Part shown: piece by piece, positions 40,088-54,971 of the stretch
Layout: every line of letters begins with the position of its first letter
Numbering within the stretch: the stretch's first letter is position 1
The notes under the pieces: generated by a model
The model's input: only the letters and a program-made list of their open reading frames with translations
What the model was told of the DNA's origin: nothing
Database searches by the model: none
From: Octopus vulgaris
Lineage: Eukaryota
Assembly (NCBI GenBank): GCA_951406725.2
Contig: OX597820.1
Coordinates: 112,034,001 to 112,098,000 of the forward strand
DNA: 64,000 nt
Direction of reading: 5' to 3'
Program-made: the position numbers and the translations under genes

Positions 40088-40371
40088 AACGGGAAGCTTT
40101 ATGAAAATAGACAAAAGACAAAGGCAGGTGGAAAACAAACAAACAATTGTATTAGTATGGCGCTCAGGAAATATAAATAAAACAAGTCTTTAATGTTTCG
40201 AGCCTACGCTCTTCAACAGAAAGATACACAGAGAGAAGAAAAACACAGAAAGAAGGAGAGAAAAAAATGCGTGCAGTAACTAACGAATCAACATGGCGAT
40301 CTGATTTCGGCCAGAGGTCAAAGATCAAACATGAGACGCGAGAGCGAAATTAGGGGAGATAATAGGGTTGA
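40088..40371 (-). mobile_element. Solo Penelope pLTR, inverted relative to 28301-28614
   Basis: The reverse complement closely matches the 3' end of the Penelope element, including the hammerhead-like motif (40187-40224). Confidence 0.9.
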
Positions 40372-40701
40372 GTGTACACCTACACATACACACACATACC
40401 TACACATACATATATACATACACATATATATATATACATACATATGCAAACATATACATACATATGCAAACATATACATACATATATACATACACATACA
40501 TATGCAAACATATACATACATATATACACATATATATACATACATACACATATATATATACAAACATATACATACATACACATATATATATACAAACATA
40601 TACATACATACACATATATATATACAAACATATACATACATACACATATATATATACAAACATATACATACATATATACACATATATATACATACATACA
40701 C

Positions 40702-40732
<31 letters not shown>

Positions 40733-40968
40733 CACATATATATACATACATACACATAAATATACATACATACACATATATATACATACATACACATATA
40801 TATACATACACATATTTATACATACATACACATATATACATACATACACATATATACATACATACATATATACACATACATATATACATACATACATACA
40901 TATATACACATACATATATACACATACATATATACATATATATACATATACATATATATATATATACA

Positions 40969-42810
40969 GATGCATGATGGCCACCACAGACACCAACACA
41001 CACACCACAAAAATATTTCTACTGAACGTAGGAGGGCTGCTGCGCGGCAACCGTAAAAGGAAAATCTCTTTCCTGAGAGACCTTGTGGCATGCAATCAAG
41101 CTATATGCATGGCACTCACAGAAACGCATCTTGGACCTGATATAGGGGATGCAGAAATACACATGCCGCAATATGCAGTCATAAGCTCTGATAAAAAAGG
41201 GAGGAGCCATGGTGGAGTCGCAATGTACATCCGAGATGACCTCACGCTCCAGGTCCTGTTGTCATATTCAAACTCAGTGTGTGACACTCAAATTATACAC
41301 ATAAGACAATTGAATATCGTCATATGTACTACATATCGCTCACCAGATGCCCCAAATCACTCAAGCATGTTTGAAGACTGCCTAACAAAAATAGGAGAAG
41401 TCCTCACCAACCTTGAAGAACACAACAGTGTATTCTTCATGGGTGACTTTAACTTCCCCAATGTGGAATGGCCTGGGGGGCAGATGCTCTCAGGGATGAC
41501 ACACCATCAGCAGGCACAGGCAGAGTCCCTGCTCCATCTCACAAATGCCTCTTTCATGGAGCAAATAGTTCTGCAACCAACAAGGTCAGATAATATACTG
41601 GATCTCTGATTCACAAACAATATGGATATTATCCATAATGTTAAAGTGATGCCGACAATGATCTCGGATCACAACATAATAGAGCTGTCTATATATGGAC
41701 CAAAAGCCCTCGTAGACACACAGCCTATACGAAGCATCCACCATATCTCCAACTTAAACTTTAATAAAGCAAACTGGAAGTTGATTGAGAAAGAGATCCT
41801 CAAACAGGATTGGCCTAAATGTCTCTCCACACCGGACATTAACATGAAACCCAAACACTTCATGTCCATAATACAAGCCATATGTGACAAATATGTCCCA
41901 GTGTGCAGGGACAGCACACACAAAAACAGGATCCCTAGAGAAAGGAAGATTCTTATGAGATGACGGACAAGGATTGCGAACCGCCTGAGCAAGCACACCA
42001 AAAGTGGTGAGAAGTCTTGGCTTGAGAGAATGCTAATGGAAATTGAGACAAGTCTGCATCAGTCCCATGAAAAGGAGAGAGCAGATAAAGAAGCTTTGGT
42101 AATAGAAAATATAAAATCAAACCCTAAAGCTTTCTTTAAGTTTGCCAAAGAGACAGCCACAGTGCACCAGAGAATAGGACCTCTCTTCCAAAAAGATGGC
42201 TCTCTCACAGGAAATCCTACGACGATAAGTGAAATACTGAACAAACAATTCCAAAGTGTGTTCACTACACCTCTAGGACACACGCAAGTAAACAACCCAG
42301 AAGAATTCTTTGCCACTTTACCTGCAGCCAAAGAGGCAAAAATTGAGTACGTCAACATTGAAGATGATGATATCACACTGGCCATAGATGAGATTGACAC
42401 AAACTCAACTGCTGGTCCTGATGGATTTCCAGCGATCCTTCTCAAATCATGCAAATGAGCCCTTGCAAAACCGCTACAGCTTCTTTTTCAGAGCTTTCTT
42501 GCAAGTGGTAAGCTCGCGGTCAAATTGAAAGAGGGGGTAATATGCCCTATCCATAAGGGAGGTAGCAGAGCAGATGCTAAAAATTATAGGCCTATCTCTC
42601 TGACCTCACACATCAGCAAAGTCATGGAACGAATAGTCTGCAAGAAACTAATCATGTTCCTTGAAGAAAATGACTTGCTGTCTGACACCCAGCATGGATT
42701 TCGACCTGGTAGAAGCTGCCTAACACAGCTCCTGCAACACTATGACTGGGTGTTAAAACAGCTACTCAATGGCTCAAATGTGGATGTAATATATCTCGAC
42801 TTTGCAAAAG
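40969..42810 (+). mobile_element. CR1-type LINE ORF2 fragment (APE plus N-terminal RT), truncated at both ends
   Basis: MALTETHL, HGGVAMYI, MGDFNFP, ILDL, SDHN, GPDG, KNYRPISLTSH, QHGFR, YLDFAK; several in-frame stops. Confidence 0.92.
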
Positions 42811-42992
42811 TCACGTTCCCGTTCGTCAGACAGTTTTTCCTAGCAAAAACTATCCGACGAACGGGAATGTGAAACTCAGAGTAACAGGTTTTGTTGAATT
42901 TTCTGCTGCTTTAAATAAAGCATATCACTCTACCACTGGTATTTGAGTACTCTTTTTTTCCACCTTGTTTCACATTTATGTGTTTACTCCGG
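42811..42992 (+). mobile_element. Short foldback element with hammerhead motif (pLTR-like)
   Basis: Inverted repeat 42811-42838 / 42845-42872; C(C)GACGA, ACG-GGAA-TGT, GAAA, CTCAGAG, TA, ACAG. Confidence 0.7.
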
Positions 42993-43005
42993 TATATATA
43001 CATAT

Positions 43006-43048
<43 letters not shown>

Positions 43049-45402
43049 AAGTAATTACAAGCATCAAATACTTGACACACATAATGTCACAATAACAACT
43101 TCACAAAACATACCAAACACCAACAGTAAACAAACTCACTTATCACACACTTTTTGAAAATCAGTCACAAGAAAGCTAGATAAAGACAAAAACACATGAT
43201 ACAAGATATTCCCCTTCCATCTAGATGTTGACTCACTTCCTTCCATCTGATGCTGGGAAAGCGATACAGAAATACAGGGCAGGTGGGGGAGCCTCAAACT
43301 TTAGACTTGACAAAAATCAGACAAACTTATGACAATTCTAAAAAGCCTAACCAAAGCAGTTACAATACACTAAGAATATAATGGTTTCAGCAACAACCAA
43401 AAAATATAATTGCACTGCCCTGATTATCTTTGACAAAGTATTTGATTTAGTTTGGTCATGGGGAAATATTACTTTGCTTGGAAATAGGTGAGGGTTGGAT
43501 ACAGGAATGGCATCCAGTATTACAAAATCTGCTTTACTGAATTCCATCTGACCCAGGCAAGCATGAGGATAATGAAGATACTATAGACAAAATACTCATC
43601 TCTGCTCCTTAAGAAACAACACAAAAGATGAGCCAATGAGGAAGTCTCTACTCAGTTACTTGATCTGCAAGAAATAGCAGTGAAATATACTTCTAATCAC
43701 ATTTCACCATGTTAAAAATGAGATGGACACCTTAGATCATATAGCACTAGATATCTCAACCCTCCCCAAAAGCAAAAAAAAAAAAAGAGAAACAAAACAT
43801 GTCTGGCTATGTGGAAATATTACCTTGCATGGCCATAGTCAAACGACTGAAACAAATAAAAGAATACTGTTATTTATTATCTTGAGGTGGCGGGACTAAA
43901 TCCTTTATGATATTTAGTTATGTAAAGATAGGGAAGGTTTGCCTTTCATCTTTTTAGAGTTGATTAAGCAAATACCAGTGAAACACAGGGTTACTTCATC
44001 ATCATCATCATCATCATTTAACGTCCGTTTTCCATGCTAGCATGGGTTGGACGGTTTTGACTGAGGTCTGGCCAACCAGATGGCTGCACCAGGCTCCAGT
44101 CTTGATCTGGCAGAGTTTCTACAGCTGGATGCCCTTCCTAACACCAACCACTCTGAGAGTGTAGTGGGTGCTTTTTACGTGCCACAATTCCTAATAAATA
44201 ATTTTCTTGCTTTAAGAGACACAAAATACAGAACAAGAGAGATCATGTGTATGCACATGTATGACTTCATGTGTGCTAGTGTGATTTTCTTCCAGACCAA
44301 TATAATTATTCAGGGTCATTGACTTTTTCTACAACATTTAGAAATGTAATAAGGTATACATATGCTTATGCATGCATGTATGTATGTATGTAAATGCATG
44401 TATATTTGTGGATATATATATATAAGTTACTGTGTGTGTACTGAGCAATGGGTGTAGATGGTATAATTTTTTAAAGATTTGTCATATATTTTAAATCTAG
44501 TCATTTTCTCTATGATGCACAAGAATGTGAATGTTTCTTAAGAGAACTATTTTCTGTAGTTATTCAGTTGAAACATGACCTAATAACTTGGTTACTTTGT
44601 AATTGTCATTTTTTATCTCACTAAGTCCCTATACTACTTTATCAAGGTCTCACATTCTTGGTACTACTAAAATGATTTACTCATTTGAATGTTTTTCTCT
44701 ATATTTTAATGTACATGATTTGCAAGAGACCATATCATTTTTGGTGCTCTTTTATGATTTTTACCAAGTAAATTAACCAAAATCTTTCTGCTCTAACTAG
44801 CCCTGCAATGCGTAACAGTATTATTATTTCATTTTTTTCTAACTTTTCAATTTTACGTTGGTTTCACACTATTTCTTTTTTTAATGAGGTAGCCATTATA
44901 TAATGTTTAAATTTGCTGATCAACATTCGCAACTGCCTTTCTGTGTTCTGTCTTAATTAGGATTAAATATTCCCATTTAACACTGTTTTAACTTGTACTA
45001 AATGCCCTTTTCTTTTATTGTTTTACTTGTTTCAGACATTTGACTGCGGCCATGTTGGAGCATTGCCTTAAAGGGTTTTAGTTGAAGAAATCGATTTATT
45101 ATTGTTTGTTTACACTTTTTCAAGATCAGTGACGAAAAGTCACTGGAAAAAGGATAAATGTATTTGCACTGGGACCCCTTTCATCGAAGATTGTTGTGCA
45201 CTGATGACGGGTCAATATGCAGAAACCCGGGTCCGTGTGTATCACATAGATTGACGATGGGAAGGATGGCTTCCCTTTGCAAATACCGAGAGGGCACAGA
45301 AAGTGTGTCAATAGCCAGCTGGAGAAGATATTCTCCTGGGGCTACAAGTTACAGTAACATCTACCCTTAGTGGTTAGCCATATTTAGATGGCAAATATAC
45401 TT

Positions 45403-45405
45403 CAC

Positions 45406-45462
<57 letters not shown>

Positions 45463-46370
45463 CATATACATACATGCATATACATACATATACATACATA
45501 CATACACATACATACATATACATATATATATACATACATACATATACATATATATATACATACATACATATACATATATATACATACATACATATACATA
45601 TATATACATACATACATATACATATATATACATACATACATATACATACATACATATACATATACATACATACATATACATATACATACATATATATACA
45701 TACATACATACATATATATACATACATACATATACATACATACACATACATACATATACATATATATACATACATACATATACATATATATACATACATA
45801 CATATACATATATATAAACATACATACATACATATATATACATACATACATACATATATATACATACATACATACATATATATACATACATATACATACA
45901 TACATATACATACATACATATATATACATACATATACATACATACATATACATATATATACATACATATACATATATATATACATACATATACATATACA
46001 TATATATACATATACATACATATACATATATATACATACATACATATACATACATACATATACATACATACATATAGATATATATATATATACATACATA
46101 AATACATATATATATACATACATACATATATATACATACAAACATACATATATATACATACAAACATACATATATATACATACATACATATATATACATA
46201 CATACATACATACATATACATACATACATACATATATACATACATATATATACATACATACATATATATACATACATACATACATATACATACATACATA
46301 CATATACATACATACATACATATATATACATACATACATACATACATACATACATACATACATACATACA

Positions 46371-46404
<34 letters not shown>

Positions 46405-46442
46405 CATACATACATACATACATACATACATACATACATACA

Positions 46443-46474
<32 letters not shown>

Positions 46475-46531
46475 CATACATACATACATATATATATACA
46501 TACATACATATATATACATACATACATATAC

Positions 46532-46602
<71 letters not shown>

Positions 46603-46620
46603 CATATACATACATATATA

Positions 46621-46656
<36 letters not shown>

Positions 46657-46738
46657 TACATACATATATATATACATACATACATATATATACATACATA
46701 CATATATACATACATACATATATACATACATACATATA

Positions 46739-46774
<36 letters not shown>

Positions 46775-46798
46775 TACATACATATATATATACATACA

Positions 46799-46830
<32 letters not shown>

Positions 46831-46837
46831 CATATAC

Positions 46838-46894
<57 letters not shown>

Positions 46895-46945
46895 CATACA
46901 TATATATATATACATACATATATATATACATACATATATATATAC

Positions 46946-46986
<41 letters not shown>

Positions 46987-47293
46987 CATATACATACATA
47001 CATATATACATACATATACATACATATACATACATACATATACATACATACATATACATACATACATACACATATACATACATACATATACATACATATA
47101 CATACATATACATACATACATATATATACATACATACATATACATACATACATACATATACATATACATACATATACATACATACATACATATACATACA
47201 TACATATACATACATACATACATATACATACATACATACATATACATACATACATATACATACATACATACATACATACATATACATACATAC

Positions 47294-47324
<31 letters not shown>

Positions 47325-47537
47325 CATATACATATACATACATACATATACATACATACATATACATACAAACATATACATACATACATACATATACATA
47401 CATACATATACATACATATACATACATATATATATACATACATACATATACATACATACATACATATATATACATACATACATATATATACATACATACA
47501 TACATATACATACATACACATACATACATACATATAC

Positions 47538-47582
<45 letters not shown>

Positions 47583-47583
47583 C

Positions 47584-47618
<35 letters not shown>

Positions 47619-47623
47619 CATAC

Positions 47624-47680
<57 letters not shown>

Positions 47681-47729
47681 CATACACATACATACATATA
47701 CATACATACATATACATACATACACATAC

Positions 47730-47770
<41 letters not shown>

Positions 47771-47897
47771 CATACATACACATACATACAGATATATACA
47801 TACATATATACATATATATACATACATATACATACATACACATACATACAGATATATACATACATATATACATATATATACATACATATATATATAC

Positions 47898-47948
<51 letters not shown>

Positions 47949-48305
47949 CATATATACACACACATGTATATACATAAATATATATACATATATACACATA
48001 CATATATATACATAAATATATATACATATATACACACACATATATATACATAAATATATATACATATATACACACACATACATATATATATACATAAATA
48101 TATATACATATATACACACACATATATATACATAAATATATATACATATATACACACACATATATATACATAAATATATATACATATATACACACACATA
48201 TATATACATAAATATATATACATATATACACACACATATATATACATATATACACACATATACACACACATATATACATACATATATACACACATATACA
48301 CATAC

Positions 48306-48340
<35 letters not shown>

Positions 48341-48514
48341 CATATATACACACATATACACACATATATATACATACATATACATATATATACATACATA
48401 TACATATATATACATACATATACATATATATACATACATATACATACATACATATACATACATATATACACACATATACACACTTATATATACAATTATA
48501 CATATACACATATA
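45403..48514. repeat. ~3.1-kb (TACA/TA)n microsatellite array
   Basis: Direct reading. Confidence 0.98.
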
Positions 48515-49690
48515 CAAGGGACGTTCAATAAGTAATGCCCCTGACCCACTTTCCATAGCAGTAGAGCAACGAAACTTGGCACAATTATTAGTCCTTTTCT
48601 ACATAGGAACCACCCAGAGTTACGCATTTCTCCCATCGTTTGATGCAGCTCTGGAGACCGTTTTTGTAGAAGACCCCAGCTTGGTCCTCCAACCACGACA
48701 TGACTTCAGAAATCAAGGCTGCATCATCTGGGAAACGCTTTCCTTTCAAAAACAACCTCATGGCTGGAAAGTGGTGAAAATCAGAGGGTGCAAGGTCAGG
48801 AGAGTAGGGGGGATGGGGGAGGAGTTCATAGCCGCACGCCTGTGCTTCTGACCTGGCGACACGCGAGTTGTGGACCGGAGCGTTGTCCTGCAGGAGGAGG
48901 ATGCCTTTGCTGATCTTGCCCTGCCTCTTGATTTTGATAGCTTCTCTTAATTTCCTCAAAAGTGAAGCATAATAGGCTCCTGTAATTGTGGTACCCTTTG
49001 CCAGGAAATCTGTCATCACTACTCCGTCCTGGTCCCAGAAGACTGTGAGCATGACCTTGCCAGCGAAGAGCTGCACCCTTGCCTTCTTTGGAGTAGGTGA
49101 GTCACAGTGCTTCCACTGCATTGACTGGGCTTTGGTCTCTGGATCATAGTGATGGACCCAGGTTTCATCCTGTGTAATCAGTCTTTTGAAAAATTTTGAC
49201 TCATCTTCTTGGCACATCTCCAAATTCATCCTCGAGCACTCGTGTTCTTGCTTCTGGAAAGGTGTGAGCAACCTGGGAATCCATCTGGCAGACACCTTTT
49301 GCATATGCAAATGGTCATGAATGATAGTTTCCACAGACCCATTACTAATCTTGACCTCATGGGCTATTTGGCGAATAGTTATGCGTCGATCTTCCAAAAT
49401 GGCAGTCTCAACTTGACGGACAGATGCCTCATCAATGGCATGAGGGGGACGACCAGATTTGGGAGTTGTTTCCACAGAGTTCCGACCATGTTTGAATTCA
49501 CGGTGCCAGCGTTTTACAAGGTCATATGATGGGGCATCATCACCATAAGTTACTTTCATTTCATCAAAAGTCTCCCGTGGTGTGCGTCCTTTCAAATACA
49601 AAAACCAGATCACTGCTCGACACTCAACAGGCTCCATTTCATACTTGACTCAGTTCAAACACCTGTAAGTCAGAAACCACAATTAGTTCA
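48515..49690 (-). mobile_element. Mariner transposon retaining one TIR
   Basis: TA plus CAAGGGACGTTCAATAAGTAATGCCCC at the left end; no matching TIR at the right end, where a (TA/CA)n tract starts. Confidence 0.9.
48588..49637 (-). CDS. Mariner DD34D transposase, 349 aa, uninterrupted
   Basis: [37 protein letters not shown]; I count 34 residues between the second and third Asp. Confidence 0.95.
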   Translation of the reverse strand: MEPVECRAVIWFLYLKGRTPRETFDEMKVTYGDDAPSYDLVKRWHREFKHGRNSVETTPKSGRPPHAIDEASVRQVETAILEDRRITIRQIAHEVKISNGSVETIIHDHLHMQKVSARWIPRLLTPFQKQEHECSRMNLEMCQEDESKFFKRLITQDETWVHHYDPETKAQSMQWKHCDSPTPKKARVQLFAGKVMLTVFWDQDGVVMTDFLAKGTTITGAYYASLLRKLREAIKIKRQGKISKGILLLQDNAPVHNSRVARSEAQACGYELLPHPPYSPDLAPSDFHHFPAMRLFLKGKRFPDDAALISEVMSWLEDQAGVFYKNGLQSCIKRWEKCVTLGGSYVEKD

Positions 49691-50484
49691 CATATATATA
49701 TACACACATATATACACACACATATGTACACATATAGGTGGCTGCCCCCTCGTTATCGAGTATGGCCATTACACGAAGCTTAATCAATGTTGTTATCATG
49801 CAATGCCTGTGCAAGAAGATATTTTTTAAAGTGAGGAAAGGCTGTGCACTGAGTCAATCCCACTCACTAAGCAACAGCAGTCAGAATCCGAAAAGAAGAA
49901 CAAGTCAACATCATCGGTAACCACTGAGCCACAGGTTTTATGTCAGAGTTATCCCAGTTACCTGAGTTACCTTCTCCTAGAAGGATGCCCTAACAAAGGC
50001 TAGGAGTCCTTCACTCCCAATGGTTTAACTGCGCGATCGGGTATTCAGTCTGATTATTTCTATGTCCCCGCGTATGATACATCCTTAAGACATTTATTGG
50101 ATGGTCATTGACTCTCAAGAGTTCCTCCGCCCTTTGACGGGTTTTATTTTTCATCCCGCAGGGTGTCCAATAAACATCCACCTCACCAAGCAAGCTTCGT
50201 GGGGTTGCTGGTTAAGTCGCCAACGACGTGACCATGCAACAGGTTGTACTGGGTGATATGTTACCAGTAGCACTCGAAAGTGACCTGACATATATACACA
50301 CATATATATACACACACATATACACACACACATATATATGTATATACATATATATATACATATATATACATATGTATTTACATATATATACATATGTATA
50401 TACATATATATACATATGTATATACATATATATACATATGTATATACATATATATACATATGTATATACATATATATATGTATA

Positions 50485-50900
50485 TCTTTAAATATATAAA
50501 ACTGAGAATGTGTGTCTGTCTGTCTGTCTGTGTGTTTCCCTAAAACTTGAGAACTACACAACCAATTTCATTCAAATTTCCCACATGCCTTACTTAGGGT
50601 CTGGGGAGTGTCATCGGCAAAAAAAATTTTGAACTTTTTGCCTAAGGTGAGCCCACAGCAATATCATATCTTCTCCACTACGATTCCCTAAAACTTGAGA
50701 ACTACACAACCGATTCCATTCAAATTTTACACATGCCTTACTTAGGGTCATGTAGTTTCATGAGCAAAAAAAAAATGTTCAACTTCTTGCCTAGAGCGAG
50801 CCCATAGCAATATCATATCTTCTCCACTATTTCAGTATTACGTGTTAAAAGTGAAACAAAAACATTTCTCTATTTTATGTCAGATACTTTCACTTTAACA
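50485..50900 (+). mobile_element. Helitron-like 5' end with ~148-bp internal tandem duplication
   Basis: A^TC start, (TGTC)n leader like 22304; CCCTAAAACTTGAGAACTACACAACC block at 50538 and 50686; no CTAG end seen. Confidence 0.6.
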
Positions 50901-51369
50901 ATAAAAATAATAATAACAATTGAATTATATGTAGTAAGTAATAATTAAAATCAAACTAAAGTATAACATAACAAAAGTAAAAATAGCAATTGGTATAAAA
51001 TTGCATCAATGATTTGAACTTGAATAAGTGGTTTCACATGAATGGGAATAAATTAAAAATAAAATTAGGGTGCAGAAATGAAATAGTCCAGATGGATAAT
51101 AAAAAATTAGATTAAAGAAAAGACTATTGTCTATAAAGTATACAATGTAGAGAAAAAAGAAGGTTTGAACAAATGGAGGAAAGTACCTTCAAAAGGTGTC
51201 TTGGTGCGATTATGAAAGGTATCTAATCAGAGGCGGTAAATTCGCCACAATAGAAGCAAGGTTCGAGTCAACAGAGCGTGCAAGGGAGTACTCGACTCGA
51301 ACTTGCAAAGTGGAAATATTTTATTTTTACCTTTATATCTGGGACGTAGGATGTGCCGGAAAAAAATTA

Positions 51370-51650
51370 AAAATGCCAAGCAAGCTGAAGGAGGGAATAA
51401 TATGCCCAATACATAAAGGGGGAAGTAGAGCAGATGCCAAAAACTATAGGCCTGGTCCCTGTGCATAGATAATCTGAACACAGACAGATGGCACAAGACT
51501 GGGGCATCATTGGCAAGTCTGATGTCTCGGAGGTGTTCCGCGAACCGGTCAGCCAAGCGGCATCCTGTTTGAGGTGTTCCACGAACCGGTCAGCCAAGCG
51601 GCGTCCCATTTGACTGATGTATAGCTAAGGACAGGGAGAGCAGGAGATGC
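51370..51650. mobile_element. Fused CR1 RT fragment (+) and Penelope GIY-YIG fragment (-)
   Basis: KEGIICPIHKGGSRADAKNYRP matches 42525-42592; on the minus strand MGRRLADRF(V/A)EHL occurs twice and matches 27630-27780. Confidence 0.8.
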
Positions 51651-53549
51651 CAAATGCATTAAAATTAATATTAATATCCTCAAAAATATATTAATATAGT
51701 GTTATGAAGGCTATCCAAAATCAGTAAAATTGAACATCTGAAAAATTACCAGTTTATAAATGCTAACAAAAAGAACACTTAAATTGAATTCAACCTAAGA
51801 CATTCCCTCACTCAACTAATGCTGACATCACTGGATAATGAAAATGCTTTACTAAAATGAAATAAAAAATAAACATGTATGTATACATGCTTGACGTGAC
51901 GATTGTACATGAACATCATCATCACCATACAGGTGATATTACTTGTTTCTAGTCTTCCATGAAAAACATGCCTGATTGTGGGGAAATATTTACCTTACTT
52001 GGAAACAGGTGAGGGTTGACAACAGGAAAGGCATCTGGCTGTAGAAAGACCTACCTCAACAAATTCTGTCTGACTTTTGCAAGCAGAGGAAGTAGATTTC
52101 AAATGAGGATGATGATGATGATGATAAATGTGTGTGTCTATATGTGTGTTTCCACATATTGACATCACATTAGAGTTGTAAATGAGCATCATCATTATAC
52201 ATGTGGTATCCTTCATTTCCAGTCTTCCATGAAAATATCACTTTAATGGGTAACAGGGGAGGATTGGTGACAGGAAGGGTATTTGGCCATAGAAAATCTG
52301 CTTCAACAAACTCTGACCTATGCAAGCATGGACAAGTGGATATGAAAATAGTGGCAATTGTGACAGCAATAATATTCACTGTATTAGGGGTAGATTAATA
52401 ACTTCAGCAATTATTTTTTGACACTCAGTTTCAGAAATGTGAAGTCCACTGGGTCAACAAACTGACAGATCAGAGAAAACAGAGCCTTTTGCTGATAGGT
52501 TTATCAATCAGTACAACCTTAGATATTGCCATGCCAACGTTGAAATTTCTGTCATCTTATAAAAAATTGATATAACAAAAGAGGTATTGGATAATGTAAT
52601 CCAAGATATATTGTTTAAAAAAGCAAAGTAGATGGTTTGTCACAATTGCATTATCTTTGGTTATAGTTCTATTTCATCAAGAGTATCCCAACCTACTGAT
52701 TAGAGCCACACTTGATAATGGTTGACTTTAAACCTGATAATAGTTTAACTTATATAGGTTTTGGCCATTATTGGCTGAGGCCATATCTAACTTGATAGCA
52801 TCACTTAGTGTAGTCTTTTAAGTTATACTTTGGGACATCATAACTCACTCAAGTGAAGAGTTTCTGTTTACTGAGCTGGATCCTGGCTTTGGTGGTTTTT
52901 CTGGTATTTCTTAGATAATTTTGTCCAGGTAGCTTTTGTATGTTAAAGGGACTTTTCCTTTCTTGATTTCTTTCAGAATTATGTTGAATAAGCAGGACCA
53001 GTTGAGTTAAAAAGTTGTGATGAAAGCTCAATTTTTGTGGAGGGCATATGACTCTGGGGCCAAGTCTCAGCTGACAAGTGAACTTGATACCAGCATTGTT
53101 TAGACAGTATTCATGGAATATTTTCTCCATTCTACAAATAATGTAGTGTTCATGGCAGTATTGGAGAGAATAAAATTTGAAGTTTTGAGGTTATACCATA
53201 GTCAAGGTCTGTCAAACTATTTGGCTGTTTTTGTCTATGATTGATCTCTGGGGTGCTTCAATCCTTATATTGGGTAGCAATATTCTAAGTGAGACCTTGC
53301 AAAAGTAGAGAAGAGAAAAATGATGGTATCAAGACTAGTTTCATTTTCATGGTCTCTTGAACTCTCTCTCCAGAGTTTTTTTTTTTTTTAATCTTTCCCT
53401 TCTGGTACTTTAATAGCTTTTGGACTTATCATCTTACTTGGCCTTGGGTGGAGTTTACCACCCACTATGGGTTTCATTCCCAAGCAACCCAATTCTCAGA
53501 CTGAAGGACACTGCTGATCATCTCTAGCTCTGAAAGGGGATAGCACCAA

Positions 53550-53930
53550 CTCTTTTACTTGTTTCAGTCATTTGACTGCAGCCATGCTGGAGCACCACCT
53601 TTAGTCGAACACATTGACCCCGGAACTTATTCTTTGTAAGCCTAGTACTTATTCTTTCGCTCTCTTTTGCTGAACCGTTAATTGACAGGGACATAAACAC
53701 ACCAGCATCAGTTGTCAAGCAATACTAGGGGGACAAACACAGACACACAAACATACATGCACTTACATATATATACATATATATGACAGGCTTCTTTCAG
53801 TTTCCATCTACCAAATCCACTCATAAGGCTTTGGTCAGCCCGAGGCTATAGTAGAAGACACTTGCCCAAGGTGCCACGCAGTGAGACTGAACCCGGAACC
53901 ATGTGGTTGGTAAGCAAGCTACTTACCACA
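53550..53930 (-). mobile_element. tRNA-derived SINE with LINE-derived tail
   Basis: gaacccggaaccatgtggttggtaagcaagctacttaccaca head; related copies at ~17490-17697, ~58070-58190 and ~59750-59965. Confidence 0.75.
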
Positions 53931-54971
53931 ACAACCACAATCAAAGTGACTCTAAACCAAGCCAGGTGAAATGATTAACCACAGAAATATCAGAAAATAT
54001 TCAAAACTGAACAAAATTTTGGCTCTAAACATTAGTAATCTCAGTGTTACAGACATTGACTGTGTACAGATTTTAAGGTCATTAGAACATAAGTAACTAG
54101 AAAGTTATTTTAATTTTAGCAAGTGATAGGGTATACAATATGGCTATATGTGTTGTATGCTTTAACTTCAGTTGTTTAAACAACATTACTCATTTATTAA
54201 TGTCCAAATTATGGGGAAGCAGGCTGTTTTTTGTTCACAAATTAGCTCTGAATGAGCAAATCTATAATCAAGAGTCCCAGCCATTACCACCCATTGTTTT
54301 GTTGAGGTAATGTGTAGCTAATACTATATTATCAAACATAATTATAGAAATCATTTTTAAAAGAAAGCAGTGTGATTTAAGGGAATTTGGTTGCTAGTTA
54401 CAGCAGAGTAGATCTTCACATAGAGGCTTTCTCGTCAGTTTGTATTAAGAGCAGGTGATATTTTGAAGTAGAAGGAAGTACAAGGATTGGTCAGTCAATG
54501 ACTCCTTGACAATTTCATGTGTATTCACAATTGTTATTGCTGTTATCTTTGTGTTAAGGGGCAGAGTCAATCAAATATTTCATATCAACTTGCACACTAA
54601 GACACTCTTAATCTATCTTACTAACTTAAACAGTTGTTTGTTTGCACAAAGATATGCAGGATAGATATTGTGGTTCAGGACAGATGTGAATGTTTGCTGA
54701 ATTTTCTAGGGCTTTTGAAATTCATTTTCCTTTTTTAAGTTATTATCTATGTTTTACTATATCTATTGAGTTTTTTTTTAACCCAGCCAAAGCTTTATTT
54801 TACTGATGTGGGACATTAAGATATTGTGTTTGACACAGTCTTCATTTTTTATGTATTTCAATCATACATTTTCAATACAGCATTGTTTTAGGGTGCCATT
54901 GAAGGTGTGTTTTTTGGAATCATCACCACCATCATCATCATATAACATCTGTCTTCCATGCTGGCATGTTA

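Noticed and set aside
26056-48556. Very long Y/I/H/T and M/Y/V/C-rich ORFs (up to 1060 aa) on both strands
   Set aside because: They are translations of (TA/TACA)n microsatellites that lack stop codons; open in all frames, with no protein signal.
49860-49935. Minus-strand VVTDDVD as a candidate GNS first exon
   Set aside because: No preceding PN(I/V) motif or signal peptide, and no LGG before a donor.
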